Of a stretch of DNA of 64,000 nt, positions 29,640-41,741 are shown in pieces. The notes under the pieces were generated by a model. It was not told where the DNA came from. It ran no database searches and saw only the letters and a list, made by a program, of their open reading frames with translations. This DNA is from Dipteris shenzhenensis (Eukaryota): NCBI GenBank assembly GCA_047967505.1, contig CM106538.1; one strand, written 5' to 3'. The stretch's first letter is position 1. The number at the start of each line of letters is the position of its first letter. The position numbers and the translations under genes were made by a program.

Positions 29640-32600
29640 TTCCTTATCCAATCTTCACTAATTTAATGTTGACGAAGGTTGGTAGGGAAGTTGTCCAGGG
29701 TCCATCCACCTCGAGTTTTCATATCAGGATATTTGCTCCAAAACTCCTTGATGGGGTTACCGGGAAGTGGTATCTCATCAAAATCATACCCATCATTGGA
29801 ACTTGGCATGGGAGTATGAATTGGATTATTCGAATCTTGAAATTCAAAATCAAATACTGTGTCATTTTTTGCTGATGGTAGCACAAGGTCAGCAGAGGTG
29901 ATGACGGGGCAAGGAGAGAATCTGGGGACATGGGGGAGAAATATGGAAGAGTATTAGTTGTGGAAGGGGGAGTAGAGGGGAGGGGGGGAAGAATTGGGCA
30001 AATGGTTTGAGAAGCTTGGTAATCCTCGAGGGTAGGATTAGTAAGGGAGGGGAAGAAGCTAGGTGTGAAGGGTTCGTAAGTTTGTGACTGTTGGGTTAGT
30101 TAAAAATGGTGAGAGGCATGAGCAAAGAGACGATGGAGGAAATAGATGTTAGGATGGAGCTTGAGGAAGGTTAGGAGGGTGGTAGCAGCAAGGGTAAGTG
30201 AGATTATGAGGTTGGTAGAGAAAGTGGTTAGATATGGGAAGTTGGATGTGAGATATGCCCTGTCATCTTCCGACACTTCTTTTTGCTGGTGCGATGGGAT
30301 CATCAGCTGCATGGGTGGGATGTCAGTTCATGCCTTGCAAATAATAGTGATGGCCTTTCTAGCAATGGCAACAAACCAGCAATAACCCTGAGGGAAGGAC
30401 TACCCATGAGGCATACATATGCAATGAAAGAATCCATCCTGAGTGCTATAAATCTGGCATGTGTTGATAGACGGAAGATATTTTTCTCATCTTCGGACAA
30501 GTCTTGGAAATTATGCGCAGAGTTTTGGTCCCTATGGAATGTTCCCATTTGATTGTTCGATGAGAGGATATGATCTTGATTTGGAGTTGCTTCCATTGGA
30601 TAAGCACACATGCATTGAGGTGATCTTCCACTTCTAGAGTAGCCACAAGCTCTTGGTACGCCACTGTTGTGCATTGTAGTGGGGCTTCATTGGTGTTTTC
30701 CATTACCTCATTGTTGTGTACTAGCAATTGGAGTTTAAGCTTGGAGATGATTATCTTTTGGGAGTGCATCACATCCATTTTTTCTTTGTATTTCTGGTAG
30801 ATGGATGTATATGCCTCCTTAAGCTTTCTCATTTGAATGGTGACCTTCGCCTGTTGAGGACTGTCTTCAGTGGTAGTGGACCACTGGTCCAAGACCTATG
30901 CTTGTGAAGTGCTGGCCTCTTTAGTGGTAGCAATTTGGTCCTTTAAGATTCTGCATTCCCTTGTAAGCTCGTCAATATTGAAGGCACGTACTGCCAAAGA
31001 CTATTTCATGTCTTCAAGATTGTCTTTGCAATCCTGGAGCTCTTCTTCTTTGTGAATTAGAGTGAGTCGGGCTTGTGCCACTACCTCCATCTGTTGAGCA
31101 TGTGCGGAGGTCAAGGAGTTATAGTAGGTCTGTAGGATTGCCATTGCTTGTACTGCTGCTGTCAGCTATCTTTGGCTTTGGTAGAGGTTGGAGGTCACAT
31201 CCCTCACCGCCTTCTCTTGAGCTTGGAGAGCTTGATTCATGTGCACTTCTTCTACCTCCTTCTCATCTATTTGCGCTTGAAGTGCCTTGACCTCTATGGT
31301 GATTTCCTGGAATTGGTCTTGAATTTTTGTTGGAGTCTATCTGTCCAATTCTATTGCATATTCTTCCTTGGCCAAGCTAGTGGCGATACTGCTGATATAA
31401 GTGGTGCCCATGTAGCCATCCTGATGATTCTATAGTACTTGTGGGAGGTTGTTCCAATGGTATTTCGGTCACTTGTGTACAATAGTCATACTGTTGATTT
31501 GGTACTAGCTCCCCTTGTGGCTCATGTACTGGCATGGTGTCGATGGGCAGTGCTGGTGGTGATGTAGCCTCAGGCTCTAGTGCCGATGACCTCGGGCTTT
31601 ACTGTCGGGGTCTTGCCTCAGACTCTGGTTGTTGCTGTTGTTGGAGATATATTGATTACAATTGTGCACTGAGATGTAGCATCTCATGGGGCAATTCCTC
31701 AATTCCAACCTCCAGAATAGACATTTCTTCTGAGGTATCTGCATTTTCCAATGTGATAGTAAGAGAAGTTGGTGATGGATCCCATACTGGTGAGAAGGGA
31801 ATGTCCAACTCCTCAATTGGTATTAGTGACTAGGGCAAATGACTAAGTGCTGGATCTAGTCTTGCTTTAGTTTCCTACTCAACAAACAAATGTGCGGAGT
31901 GGAAGGGATCTGTTCTTGCTGCACTTAACCCAAGGATTGTGAATAGAATTGTGCTGCTTCCTTAAGGCGAGGGTTAAGGATGGTGTGAAGTAATATGCCA
32001 TCCCTATGGATCAGTGTGCCCTTGGCGAGGAGAGGCTATACTTCGAGAAATTTGGCATCAACAGGCCATGTAGGGTATTTGGCACCTTGTGTTGGGAGTG
32101 AGAAAGTCCTTTGAATGACTGTACTTATCGAGGATAATGCTAAGTGGGCTCTGATGTATATTGATGGTACCGTACTTCCCAATGTATGCATCGTTGGAGT
32201 GGTAAGAATGGAGAAAGTCCTTGATGTATGTGGTCATTGTAGGACTTTCCTCCAAGGATTCCAGGCTCTCATACAAATTGCCTAGACCCCTTTGCTCTAA
32301 GTAAGATGTTGTTTCCTTAGAAAGAGCATAAGTCGATGTAGGTGGCCACACAAGTTCCAATGACTAGGCCCCATCAATGGTTTTGTAAACTGGTGGTGAC
32401 TGGGGTGGCATTTGTTCTTCTTGGTCATGCACTGAATCCTCCTCAGAGCTATCACTCTAGACCATAAATGCATGTGGTCACTGTAGTTGAGAGGATGTAG
32501 ATGGTTGCAAACTCTGGAGGGGATCTCCTGGTTGAGACGGTGGGCTCTTTCTGCGCATCCTCTTTAGTGGCGGCATTTTTTCTAAACCTGCATCCATGTG

Positions 32601-35600
32601 CGTGTGGTATACCATTGATCATTATATTTGTTGGCATGCAGGTATGACCTTTGTGTGTGTTTGTGAGAGATCTTATTTTTCTACATGCTTTGAGAGTGTG
32701 GAATGAAAGTGTGTGGCATAATTATTCATGCAATCATCTATGTATCTAAGCAAAAGCGTGTGAGTGCACATGACCTAGTAGCTAGGTAGGGACTAACTAG
32801 ATGCTTTTTTTTTGTTTCTAGGATTTCACAGGGTAGCTAGAACTCAGGAATCACTTCTTAGCCCTAGGTTGAAATCAATTGATGCTACCTATATGTGCAA
32901 AGACGTATATATGCAAGTGAGTGCTCATGATACAATCTATTCCTAACTAAGGAAGACTTGGGTTTCCCAAATCTTTGTTTTTGTCGGGAATGGCTTGCAT
33001 GTTGAAGTAGTAGCACTTCAGTCGGCTCCCGTTTATTGTTGTGTTGAATTGGACTCCATCCAATGTTTCTAGCAACATAGCTCCGATGGGATTCATCTTT
33101 CTTACTCGGTAGGGTCCTTGACCTAGATACTTCATTTTCCCCTTGTGTACTTTGGCATTGTATAACAAGACCAAGTCACCTTCCTTGATGTCTTTAGCTT
33201 TAAGATTTGTTTCGAACCATGCCTTTCTTCTGTGTTTTTTTGTTATCATGGCATGGTAGGCGACTAGTCTTGTCTCTGTATGCTTCTCCAACTGATACAG
33301 TCTTTCTTTCAAGGATTCATGATCTCCCATGCATTCTTGTACTGCTATGTGTAGGCTTGGTATTACAAATTCTAGTGGGACCACAGCTTCAAGGCCGTAC
33401 ACCAATTGAAAAGGTGTGTTCCCTGTACTAACCTTGAGTGTGGTTCGGTTGCCCATAAAGCTGCATTTAGTTTTTCTACCTAATTAGAGCACTATGGTTC
33501 TACTACCTTGGTGAGGATAATGCATAATATTTTGTTGGTGGATTCGGCCTGTCCATTCCCTTGGGGGTAGTAGGGTGTGCTTTTTCTATGGATTACCATA
33601 AAGCCAAACAAGAGTTCTTGGATTACCTCATTGACAAGATGTGTGCCTCTATCCAACACAATTTCAATGGGGCATCCGAATCGGTGATCACATTCTCGTA
33701 TAAGAATCTTGATGTGCTTTTGGCATCTACCTTTCTAATTGCTTTAGCTTCAGCCCATTTTGTAAAGTAATCAGTGGCCACAATAATGTAGCATGCCTAT
33801 GTTCCCTTTGTTGCTGGATGGATGGGACCCACATAGTCAATCCCCCAATATTCAAATGGTTTTTGTGGAACAGCTATTGTTATGGGATTGAAGTCTTTGT
33901 GTTGTGGTTTAGTAGTCCATCGGCATACATCACAGCCTTTTACATATTCATAGGCATTTGCCCAAAGTGTTGGCCATCAGTAGCCTACAAGGAGGACTTT
34001 TCTTGCTATGGCTTCCCCTTGGAAGTGTCCTCTTGCAATGCCTTCATGGACTTCACTCAGGATTAGCATGATCTCATGAGGCATTACACATCTTCTTAAT
34101 ACCTAGTCCTTGCTTATCTTGTACAGTTGTCCTGCAATGAGTTGATATGGTGCAACCTTTAAAATTAGTCTTTTGGCATCCACTGCTTTCATTTCAGGGG
34201 GTGGTCTTCCAAGTACCCAATGATATATCCACACCACTCTGGAATAGCATCTATTTGAAATACTATGGCATCTGGCAAGTCGTCTTCTACTCCAGTGGCT
34301 TCTTCTTCCAACTTGACATGAGAGATGTGATCGAGAATGTGGTGTTGGGCATCTTTGCGGACCACTATTTTGAAGTTGAATTCTTGAAGCAAGAGGGGCC
34401 ATCTAGTTATTCTTCCTATTGTACATGGACGGTTCACAAGATAAAGTAATGCTTGATGGTCGGTGTAGAAGACAAAATCATTTGCCAGTAGATAGTGCCG
34501 AAATTTCTTAACACTCTACACCATTGCTAGGGCTTCTCTTTCTGTGGTGGCATGGTTGATCTCCGCATCATTGAGTTATCGACTGTTGAAGTAGAAGGGG
34601 TAATCTTTCTTATGTTCACTAGGTTGACAAAGCACACTCCCAATTGCATACTTGGATCCACCAGTATGAACATGAAAATCAATATCCCAATTGGGAGATA
34701 TAAGGATGGGTGCTATGATTAGGCGCCACTTTAAAAGCTCAAAGGCTTGGTCGCACTCTTCTGTCCATAAGAATTCCACTAATAATTTGTAAAGTGGTCT
34801 GGTTATCATGGCATACCACAAGATAAATCTTTTATAATAGCCGACATGTCCCATAAAGACTTGTACACCTTTGGAATTTGTAGGAGGCAGCAATTCCATG
34901 ATGATTTTGATTTTTTCCACGTTAGTTTTGCAATCACATGTTGAGAAATAATCTGTCCCAAAACAACTCCATGGGTGACCATGAACTAGTATTTTGTTGG
35001 ATTTAGGGAGATGCCATACTCCCTACATTTGATGAGTACTACTTCAAGACATTTGAAGTGGTCTTTTTTGTTCGAGTGGATGCACAAATCATCCAAGAAC
35101 ACCTGTAAAAACTTATTCAGAAATGACTTGAAAGCTATGAACATGATTCACTAGAATGTGATCGGGGAATTTACAAAGGCCAAATGGCACGACTCTATAT
35201 GCAAAACTACCACATTCTGTAGCAAATGCTATTTTTGATTGGTTTTTAGGAGCAATTTGCACTTGGCTATAGCCACTGAAGCCATCCAAGAAGCTATATA
35301 TTTTAGAACCTGCCACCTTTTCCAACACTATTTCTATTAAGGGTAGCTGCATTTAGGCACAATGATGATGGGTGAAACCCAATCAGTGTGCTCTATCTCG
35401 TAGATGAATCCAGCATCTAGGAGGTTTTCCAACTTGTCATAAACCATGGTGCCATACTTAGGAATTGTGTGATAAGGTCCACATACCTTAGGGAGGGCAC
35501 CTTCCCTTATAGGTATCGTGTGTATTGCCACGTCCGGTGAAATTCCTTTCATCTCTTTGTATGACCATGCTAGGCAGTCAAGGTATTCCATGACCTTCTC
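29640..35600 (-). mobile_element. Decayed Ty3/Gypsy (non-chromoviral) pol plus long extra 3' ORF
   Basis: RT (WVSPIIIVPK, SFLDGFSGYSQVQIAP, VFLDD), RNase H (ITRWPLLLQEF), integrase (TGNTPFQLVYGLEAVVP, GPY motif) at 32947-35591. Additional minus-strand ORF fragments at 32640-29660. Confidence 0.88.
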
Positions 35601-35809
35601 CTCCTCCTCCTCCTTCCTCCTCCCTTATCCTCCTCCCTCCTGCTCCTCCTCCTCCCTCCTCTCTCTTCTTTCCCCCATGCTCTTACACCTTCTTCCTCTC
35701 CCACTCCTATGCTCCCCCTAAACCATTAGTTCCTCAACCCTTAACCTCCATGATCTACGAGGGAGACGAGTTCTCCACCACCATGTACTCTACCCTGAAC
35801 CTTGGATCC

Positions 35810-35945
35810 TCCTTCTAACCCTTGAACCTCTTCTAATCTCTGGAACCTCTTCTAAACTTTAGAACCTCTCTCTAAACCTTGGAACCTCCTTCTAAACCCT
35901 GAACCTCCCTCTAACCCTTAAACTCCTCCTAAACCCTTCAACCCC
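35810..35945. repeat. ~19-20 bp tandem repeat (gaacctcttctaaaccct variants), ~7 copies
   Basis: Read directly. Confidence 0.75.
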
Positions 35946-36512
35946 CAATGAAGTCAAAAGCCTTCATTACCTCAACCATGATGATGCACATTCCTTTCAC
36001 ACATGCATGCACTATGTTTGCTTACCACACTTAAGCCTATGTCTCTCACCGAAATACGGCTCGAGGTCCTAAGGTACATGTATACTACAAATGACAACCC
36101 CAATATATCTATAGGTGACAAAAGCCTCGGAACCCTACATACATAGAATACCCTGCCTTTTTTGCGGAAGCCATGGGAAAGAGCCAATAGTGATGGCCAT
36201 CATGTATCTGAGCATATGCAATAAAAAAATGTGAGGATGCCCAATGCATGGCTTATATCCTCATACGGTGTCATAACTTGAATGGGTTGATCTAAGGCCA
36301 ACTATATAATTAATTAGTAGTGCGGATTGTGTTTGCTTGATATTAATTTGGAAGATTCCTCTCACTGAGGATTGTTCTAGAACTATCTACTAAAGTCATG
36401 TCCTATCTTCTAGCTACTACATTCTATTAAGAGTACGTGCACATGTGAGATGCCTTACAATATCACCCATATTGGGTTATAATAAGGCATCATTCAAAGT
36501 TGATATGTGTCT

Positions 36513-36775
36513 GAATTAAACTTCATTCAAAGAGGGTCACACTACATGAAACCAACACAACTAACATGAAAAATGTTATGCTTTTTAGTCATACACTCAA
36601 TTCAAAGTCACCACTATGTTCACATTGTAGCTTCCTGCAAATGACACGTGTTTGAGTTAAACTTCATTCAAAGAGGGTGACACTACATGAAACCAAAACA
36701 ACTAACACGAAAAAAATTATGCTTTTGAGTCATACACTCAATTCAAAGTCACCACTATGTTCACATTGTAGCTTC
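36513..36775. repeat. ~141-bp tandem duplication
   Basis: ttaaacttcattcaaagaggg...tgtagcttc present twice. Confidence 0.88.
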
Positions 36776-36879
36776 ATACAACATCTATCCCATGTTCATA
36801 TTTCTTAAAAAATCTAAAATAATAATATCATATTATCCATCTTGGGCTACATCCATTCGAGCATCAACATCCTCATTTT

Positions 36880-38650
36880 CTATCATAGAATTTTCAATCC
36901 TATCTTTGAATCCTTACTCAATTTAGATCTCCATCTCACCAACTTTCCATTATGATGAGATGGTTGGATATGGCTGGTTATATTGCCATGTTGAACATGA
37001 GAGTTTGTCAATGTCAATGCCAAGAAATCATTGGTTTTATAAAAGAAAACTGCTACCCTAACTAAGTTCTCTCTCTCCAAAGTAAGTGAGGTCCCCAATG
37101 CAACCTTCCACATGCAACAATGGATGAGTATGACATCAAGTTTAGTCTTAAGTGTGTCGAGAACATGAGCAAAAGAAAGAGAGCCAAATACTCTCGAGTG
37201 ACCAATAGAGGGCTTAGTTCTTGTGAATGCCTCAAGTTAGGTGTCATGTTTTTGCAATGAATGTTGGGACTCGTATTCATCAAGTACATAGTTGTGTCAC
37301 ATGCCTCGGCCCAATACTGCCTTGGAACATTCTTCTCATCAAGCATGCATCTAGATGACTCTGTAATCGCCCTATTTTTTTGTTCACCAACCACATTTGC
37401 TGAGGGGTACATCTGCATGTGAACTAACATGTGATGCCACATGATGTTTGCAAAAGGAATTGAACTCTATGGACTTGTATTCACCTCCATTGTCACAATG
37501 GCAAATCTTTAGGTGCATGTAAGTCTACTTTTCTACCAAGGCTTTGAAGTCTTTGAAAGTGTTAAATGCATCAGACTTCTATTTCAATGCTTCCTACGAT
37601 GCTTGCATTACTATGCATGAGTATGCTATCGACCCTTTGATTTTGTGGGGTGTTTCATTCCCCATCATGACGCTCTCTCTTGGGTTCCGATCGGGACAGA
37701 GATAAGAGAACTATTCTTTCTCAGGTGTCATGTGGTTGCTCGCACCAGAGTCAAACCACCATGTGTCCTCATCCTTCTGTGCCTTAGATGTAGACTACGA
37801 TGTGAGAACTTTGTGTTGATAGTCTTGAGAGTTGTCTTCATCATAGGCATAGTGGACGGATTGCCATTGATGATGGTTGCCTCGATGAGGGCTGTGAGAC
37901 CTATTTGACTAGCCTGTAGTGGCTAAATTCCTTTGTTTCTTTTTGCATTTTGGTCCCCAATGGCTTGGAATGAGGCTGGAATGTTGTGATAGTTGCAATT
38001 TCCCTCGCGTCTAGGAGTACTTCTTTGATTTCCTCCTCTTCCAGAGTTACCTTTACCTCTAGGATTCCATGTCACCCTCTCAGTAGGAGGACCATGACTC
38101 TGAGCCAATGAAGGTAGAGATTGTCTGCCTTGGTACTGACCTTTTCCTTGATTGCTAGAGCATCCAAAGTTCTTGACTTTTCCCCTGTACGACCCTCTTA
38201 CACCTCCTCTTGCTGTGAAGGCAATATCATGATTCTTCGAATCTATTTTAAGACCATGTCTCAATTGCTCCTGCATGAGCATGTCTCACATGAGTTGAAA
38301 TGTTGGAGGTGCATCTCGGTGACTAATACAGTCACAAACTACCCATAATATTGTCCAAGTCCATTGATGGCAAGTTGGACTAGTCTCTCTTGTTTGAGCT
38401 GATCACCAAGGTCCTTCAATCTGAGTAAGCAGTCAGGACCTTTTACAAGGCTTGTAGAAGTGGCGCAGAACCGAATGCGAAAATAGTCAACTAGTGACTT
38501 TACAAGGTGGCATGTGTGTGCAAAGCTGCAATTGTCCTGAATCAAGAACCCAAAGTGCCAAGTGACTCAACGAGAGTGAATCTACCCTTTGTTAAAGAAT
38601 GGAATAGGTGTTGATATGTGTGAGATGAATGCCGATGATAGGTTCCATAG
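36880..38650 (-). mobile_element. Heavily deleted Copia remnant (gag and integrase fragments)
   Basis: NVVGEQKNRAITESSRCML..YWAEACDTTMYLMN (37062-37442); gag-like LVQLAINGL and RG-rich region (37923-38545). Confidence 0.8.
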
Positions 38651-39096
38651 GGGCTGACACTATTTGGGAACTAATCGAGAATTTTGGGCACGGCTTCAAA
38701 TTGGATTTTGTGGATTATCTTCTATAAGGTAGCTAGTCCTATAACTTGTCTATAAGTCGATCGATATGAAAAAACAACAAAATAGATTTTATCTTCATTT
38801 GGTTTGTGCTAGGTTCAGAGAGGATGATATTTGATTAGGAGGGATGTCGATGAAGAGGTTTTTGCAAATGCTGCAAAATGAAAATGCCAAATGTCAAATT
38901 TGATGTGACAGGTACGTAGAGCGCGAGTTGATGAGCAATTTTGATTCTTGCAATGTCTCCAAATTCGACCTGGATAAAAAGATACAGCCCTCAGAGGAAA
39001 GATAAAATTTTGAGAATAAAAAAAGGATGCAATGATGATGTGGAAGATGGGTGGTTACATGTAGTGTGCCTGTGAAGTAGAGATGCTAAGGTGGCA

Positions 39097-39258
39097 TTGT
39101 GGGCTGGCATTGCCACATGTCAGGTGAGGTGGTAGTGATGATGTGGCATTGTCACAAGGACAAGTGACATGGCACAACTGTGGGCTAGCATTGCCACATG
39201 TCAGGTGAGGTGGTAGTGACGATGTGGCATTGTCACAAGGATAGGTGACATGGCACAA
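39097..39258. repeat. 81-bp tandem duplication rich in GCCAC(A/G)TG / TGACATGGCA motifs
   Basis: gggct(g/a)gcattgccacatgtcagg at 39101 and 39182. Confidence 0.85.
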
Positions 39259-39465
39259 TAAGTGGATAAGGGATGATGTGGCAACTAACTACACTTGATG
39301 ACATGGTAGGTGAGGTTTAGTCAAAGTAACCAGGGTTAGGTGAATTAGGGTGACGTGGCAAAAAATTGACCACCCCCCACAACCAAGGTAAATATAAACG
39401 AACCATTGTGCTAACCAAGGTTAACACCTAACCCTGGTTAGAATCTATCTACCATGTGTAAGGTA

Positions 39466-39609
39466 TGAAGCAACCGCCACCTTATCTTCGCCAAGTCTTC
39501 TAAAGTGACAAATAGAATTTGGATCACTTTCATGGATTGTAGCAAATGCAACTACTTCTCTTTTGCAACATAAAATCACCTCCATCCCCGGAATAAATTT
39601 TGTAGCCAT
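39466..39609 (-). pseudogene. Fragment resembling the Tnp1/EnSpm-type transposon accessory domain
   Basis: EVVAFATIHESDPNSICHFRRLGEDKVAV resembles the VVA.G...S.DP....G..LG...V.V pattern; by-eye only. Confidence 0.4.
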
Positions 39610-39732
39610 CTCCTTTGTGAGTTTCCTTTGCAAACAAGCTATAACAACCATTATAAAGAACATTAGTCTCTTCTCAATAATCTACTTTATTAATGATTTA
39701 AAAATCTAGATCTTGTTTAAAAATTTAATCAG

Positions 39733-40505
39733 ACCCTAACCAATAACAACCGTAAACCAATAACCACCCTAAACCCTAAAGCCTAAACCGTAAACCAATA
39801 ACCACCCTAAACCCTAAAGCCTAAACCGTAAACCAAAACAACCCTAAACCCTAAACCCTAACCAATAACAACCCTAAACCCTAACTCCCAAACCCTAAAC
39901 CCTAAACCCTAAACCCTTAAAACTAACCCCCAAACCCTAAACCCTAAACCCTAACCCCTAAACCCTAAACCCTAACTCCCAAACCCTAAACCCTAAACCC
40001 TACCTCCCAAACCCTAAACCCTAAACCCTAACCCCCAAACCCTAAACCCTAAACCCTAAACCTTAAACCCTAACCCCCAAACCCTAAACCCTAAACCCTA
40101 AACCCTAACCCCTAAACCCTAAACCCTAAACCCTAACTCCCAAACCTTAAACCCTAAACCCTAAATCCTAAACCCTAACCCCCAAACCCTAAACCCTAAA
40201 CCCTACCTACTAAACCCTAAACCCAAACCACCAAACTCTAAACCCTAACCCCCAAACCCTGAACCCTAACCCTCAAACCTTGAACCCTAAATCCTAACTC
40301 CCAAACCTTAAACCCTAAACCCTAAACCCTACCCCCCAAACCCTAAATCCAAACCACCAAACCCTAAACCCTAACTCACAAACCCTAAACCCTAACCCTA
40401 ACTCACAAACCCTAATTCCTAATTCATAAAACCTAAACCCTAAACCCTAACTCACCAAACCCCAAACCCTAAACCCAAACCACGAAATCCTAAACCTTAA
40501 ATCCT
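39733..40505 (+). repeat. Interstitial telomere-like array (CCCTAAA)n with variant units
   Basis: About 770 bp of Arabidopsis-type CCCTAAA interspersed with CCCTAACCCCCAAA/CCCTAACTCCCAAA; ~37-bp higher-order units at the left end. Confidence 0.97.
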
Positions 40506-40579
40506 ATGAGTGTTTTCAGTAATATCATTTATTTAAGTAATAGTTTTAATTAGAATTCATAAGTAATAGTGGAATTGAT

Positions 40580-41452
40580 AGTTGGGAGGGTGGTAGTGGG
40601 AGAAAGGGAGAGTAGGAAAGTGGAGAAAGGGAGTGTGGGAGGGTGGTAGTGGGAGAAAGGGATAGTGGGAGAGGGAGTGGGAATGGGGGTGGTGGGGGTG
40701 GGGGTGGGAGGATGGGAGTTGGAGTGGGAGAGGGAGTGGGAATGGGGGAGGTGCGGGTGGGGGTGGGAGAATGGGAGTGGGAGTGGGAGAGGGAGTGGGA
40801 ATGGGGGAGTTGGGGGTGGGGTGAGGGTGGGAGGATGGGAGTGGGAGTGGGAGGGGTGGGGAGTGGGAGTGGGAGGATGGGAGTGGGAGAGGGAGTGGGA
40901 ATGGGGGAGGTGGGGGTGAAAGTGGGAGGGGTGAGGTGGGAGGATGGGAGTGGGAATGGGGGAGGTGGGGGTGGAAGTGGGAGGGGTGGGGTGGGAGGAT
41001 GGGAGAGGGAGTGGGAATGGCGGAGGTGGGGGGGTGGGAAAATGGGAGTGGGAGTGGGAGAGGGAGTGGGAGGATGGGAGTGGGAGGGGTGAGGTGGGAG
41101 GATAAGGGTGGGAGAATGGGAGTGGGAGTGGGAATGGGGGGGGGAGGGGTGGGGGTGGGAGGATGGGAGTGGGAGTGAGAGGTGGAGGTGGGAGGATGGG
41201 AGTGGGTGGGAGAATGGGAGTGGGAGTGCGAGTGGGAGTGGGAGAGGGAGTGGGAATGGGGGAGGTGGGGGTGGGGTGAGGGTGGGAGTCGGAGGGGTGG
41301 GGTGGGAGGATGGGAGTGGGAGAGGGAGTGGGAATGGGGAAGGTGGAAGAATGGGCGTGGGCGTGGGAGTGGGAATGGGGGAGGTGGGGTGGGAGGATGG
41401 GGGTGGGAGTGGGAGTGGGGTGGGAGGATGGGAGTGGGTGGGAGAGGGAGAG
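40580..41452 (+). repeat. G-rich low-complexity tract (GGGAGT / GGGAGGAT / GGGAAT)n, potential G-quadruplex former
   Basis: About 870 bp of GGG runs with 1-5 nt loops. Confidence 0.95.
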
Positions 41453-41741
41453 AAGATAATCTAATGGAGAGGCCAATGGGAGAGGAGATAATGATATAGA
41501 AGGACCAATAAGAGAGAAGCACTTAAAACCCTAGTTTTTCTTATATATACTCTCCTTCTCTCATTGTTTCTCTCATTTCAACAAGGAAGAGCAAGAGGAG
41601 AAGCAAAAAGAGGAGGAAGAGCAAAAGCAAGCACAAGCATAGAGAGAGAACTTAGAGAGAAAAAAGTGAAGGAAAGACTTTTAGAGAGAGATTATAAGAG
41701 AGAGAGTCTTGCTGCCTCGCAGTATACCTGAAGTTGAGGCA

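Noticed and set aside
39733-40505. True chromosome end
   Set aside because: Degenerate, under 1 kb and flanked by complex sequence on both sides
40550-41522. Pro/His-rich extensin-like ORFs (308 and 321 aa) and Gly/Trp-rich ORFs
   Set aside because: Artefacts of the GGGAGT low-complexity tract; open in several frames on both strands
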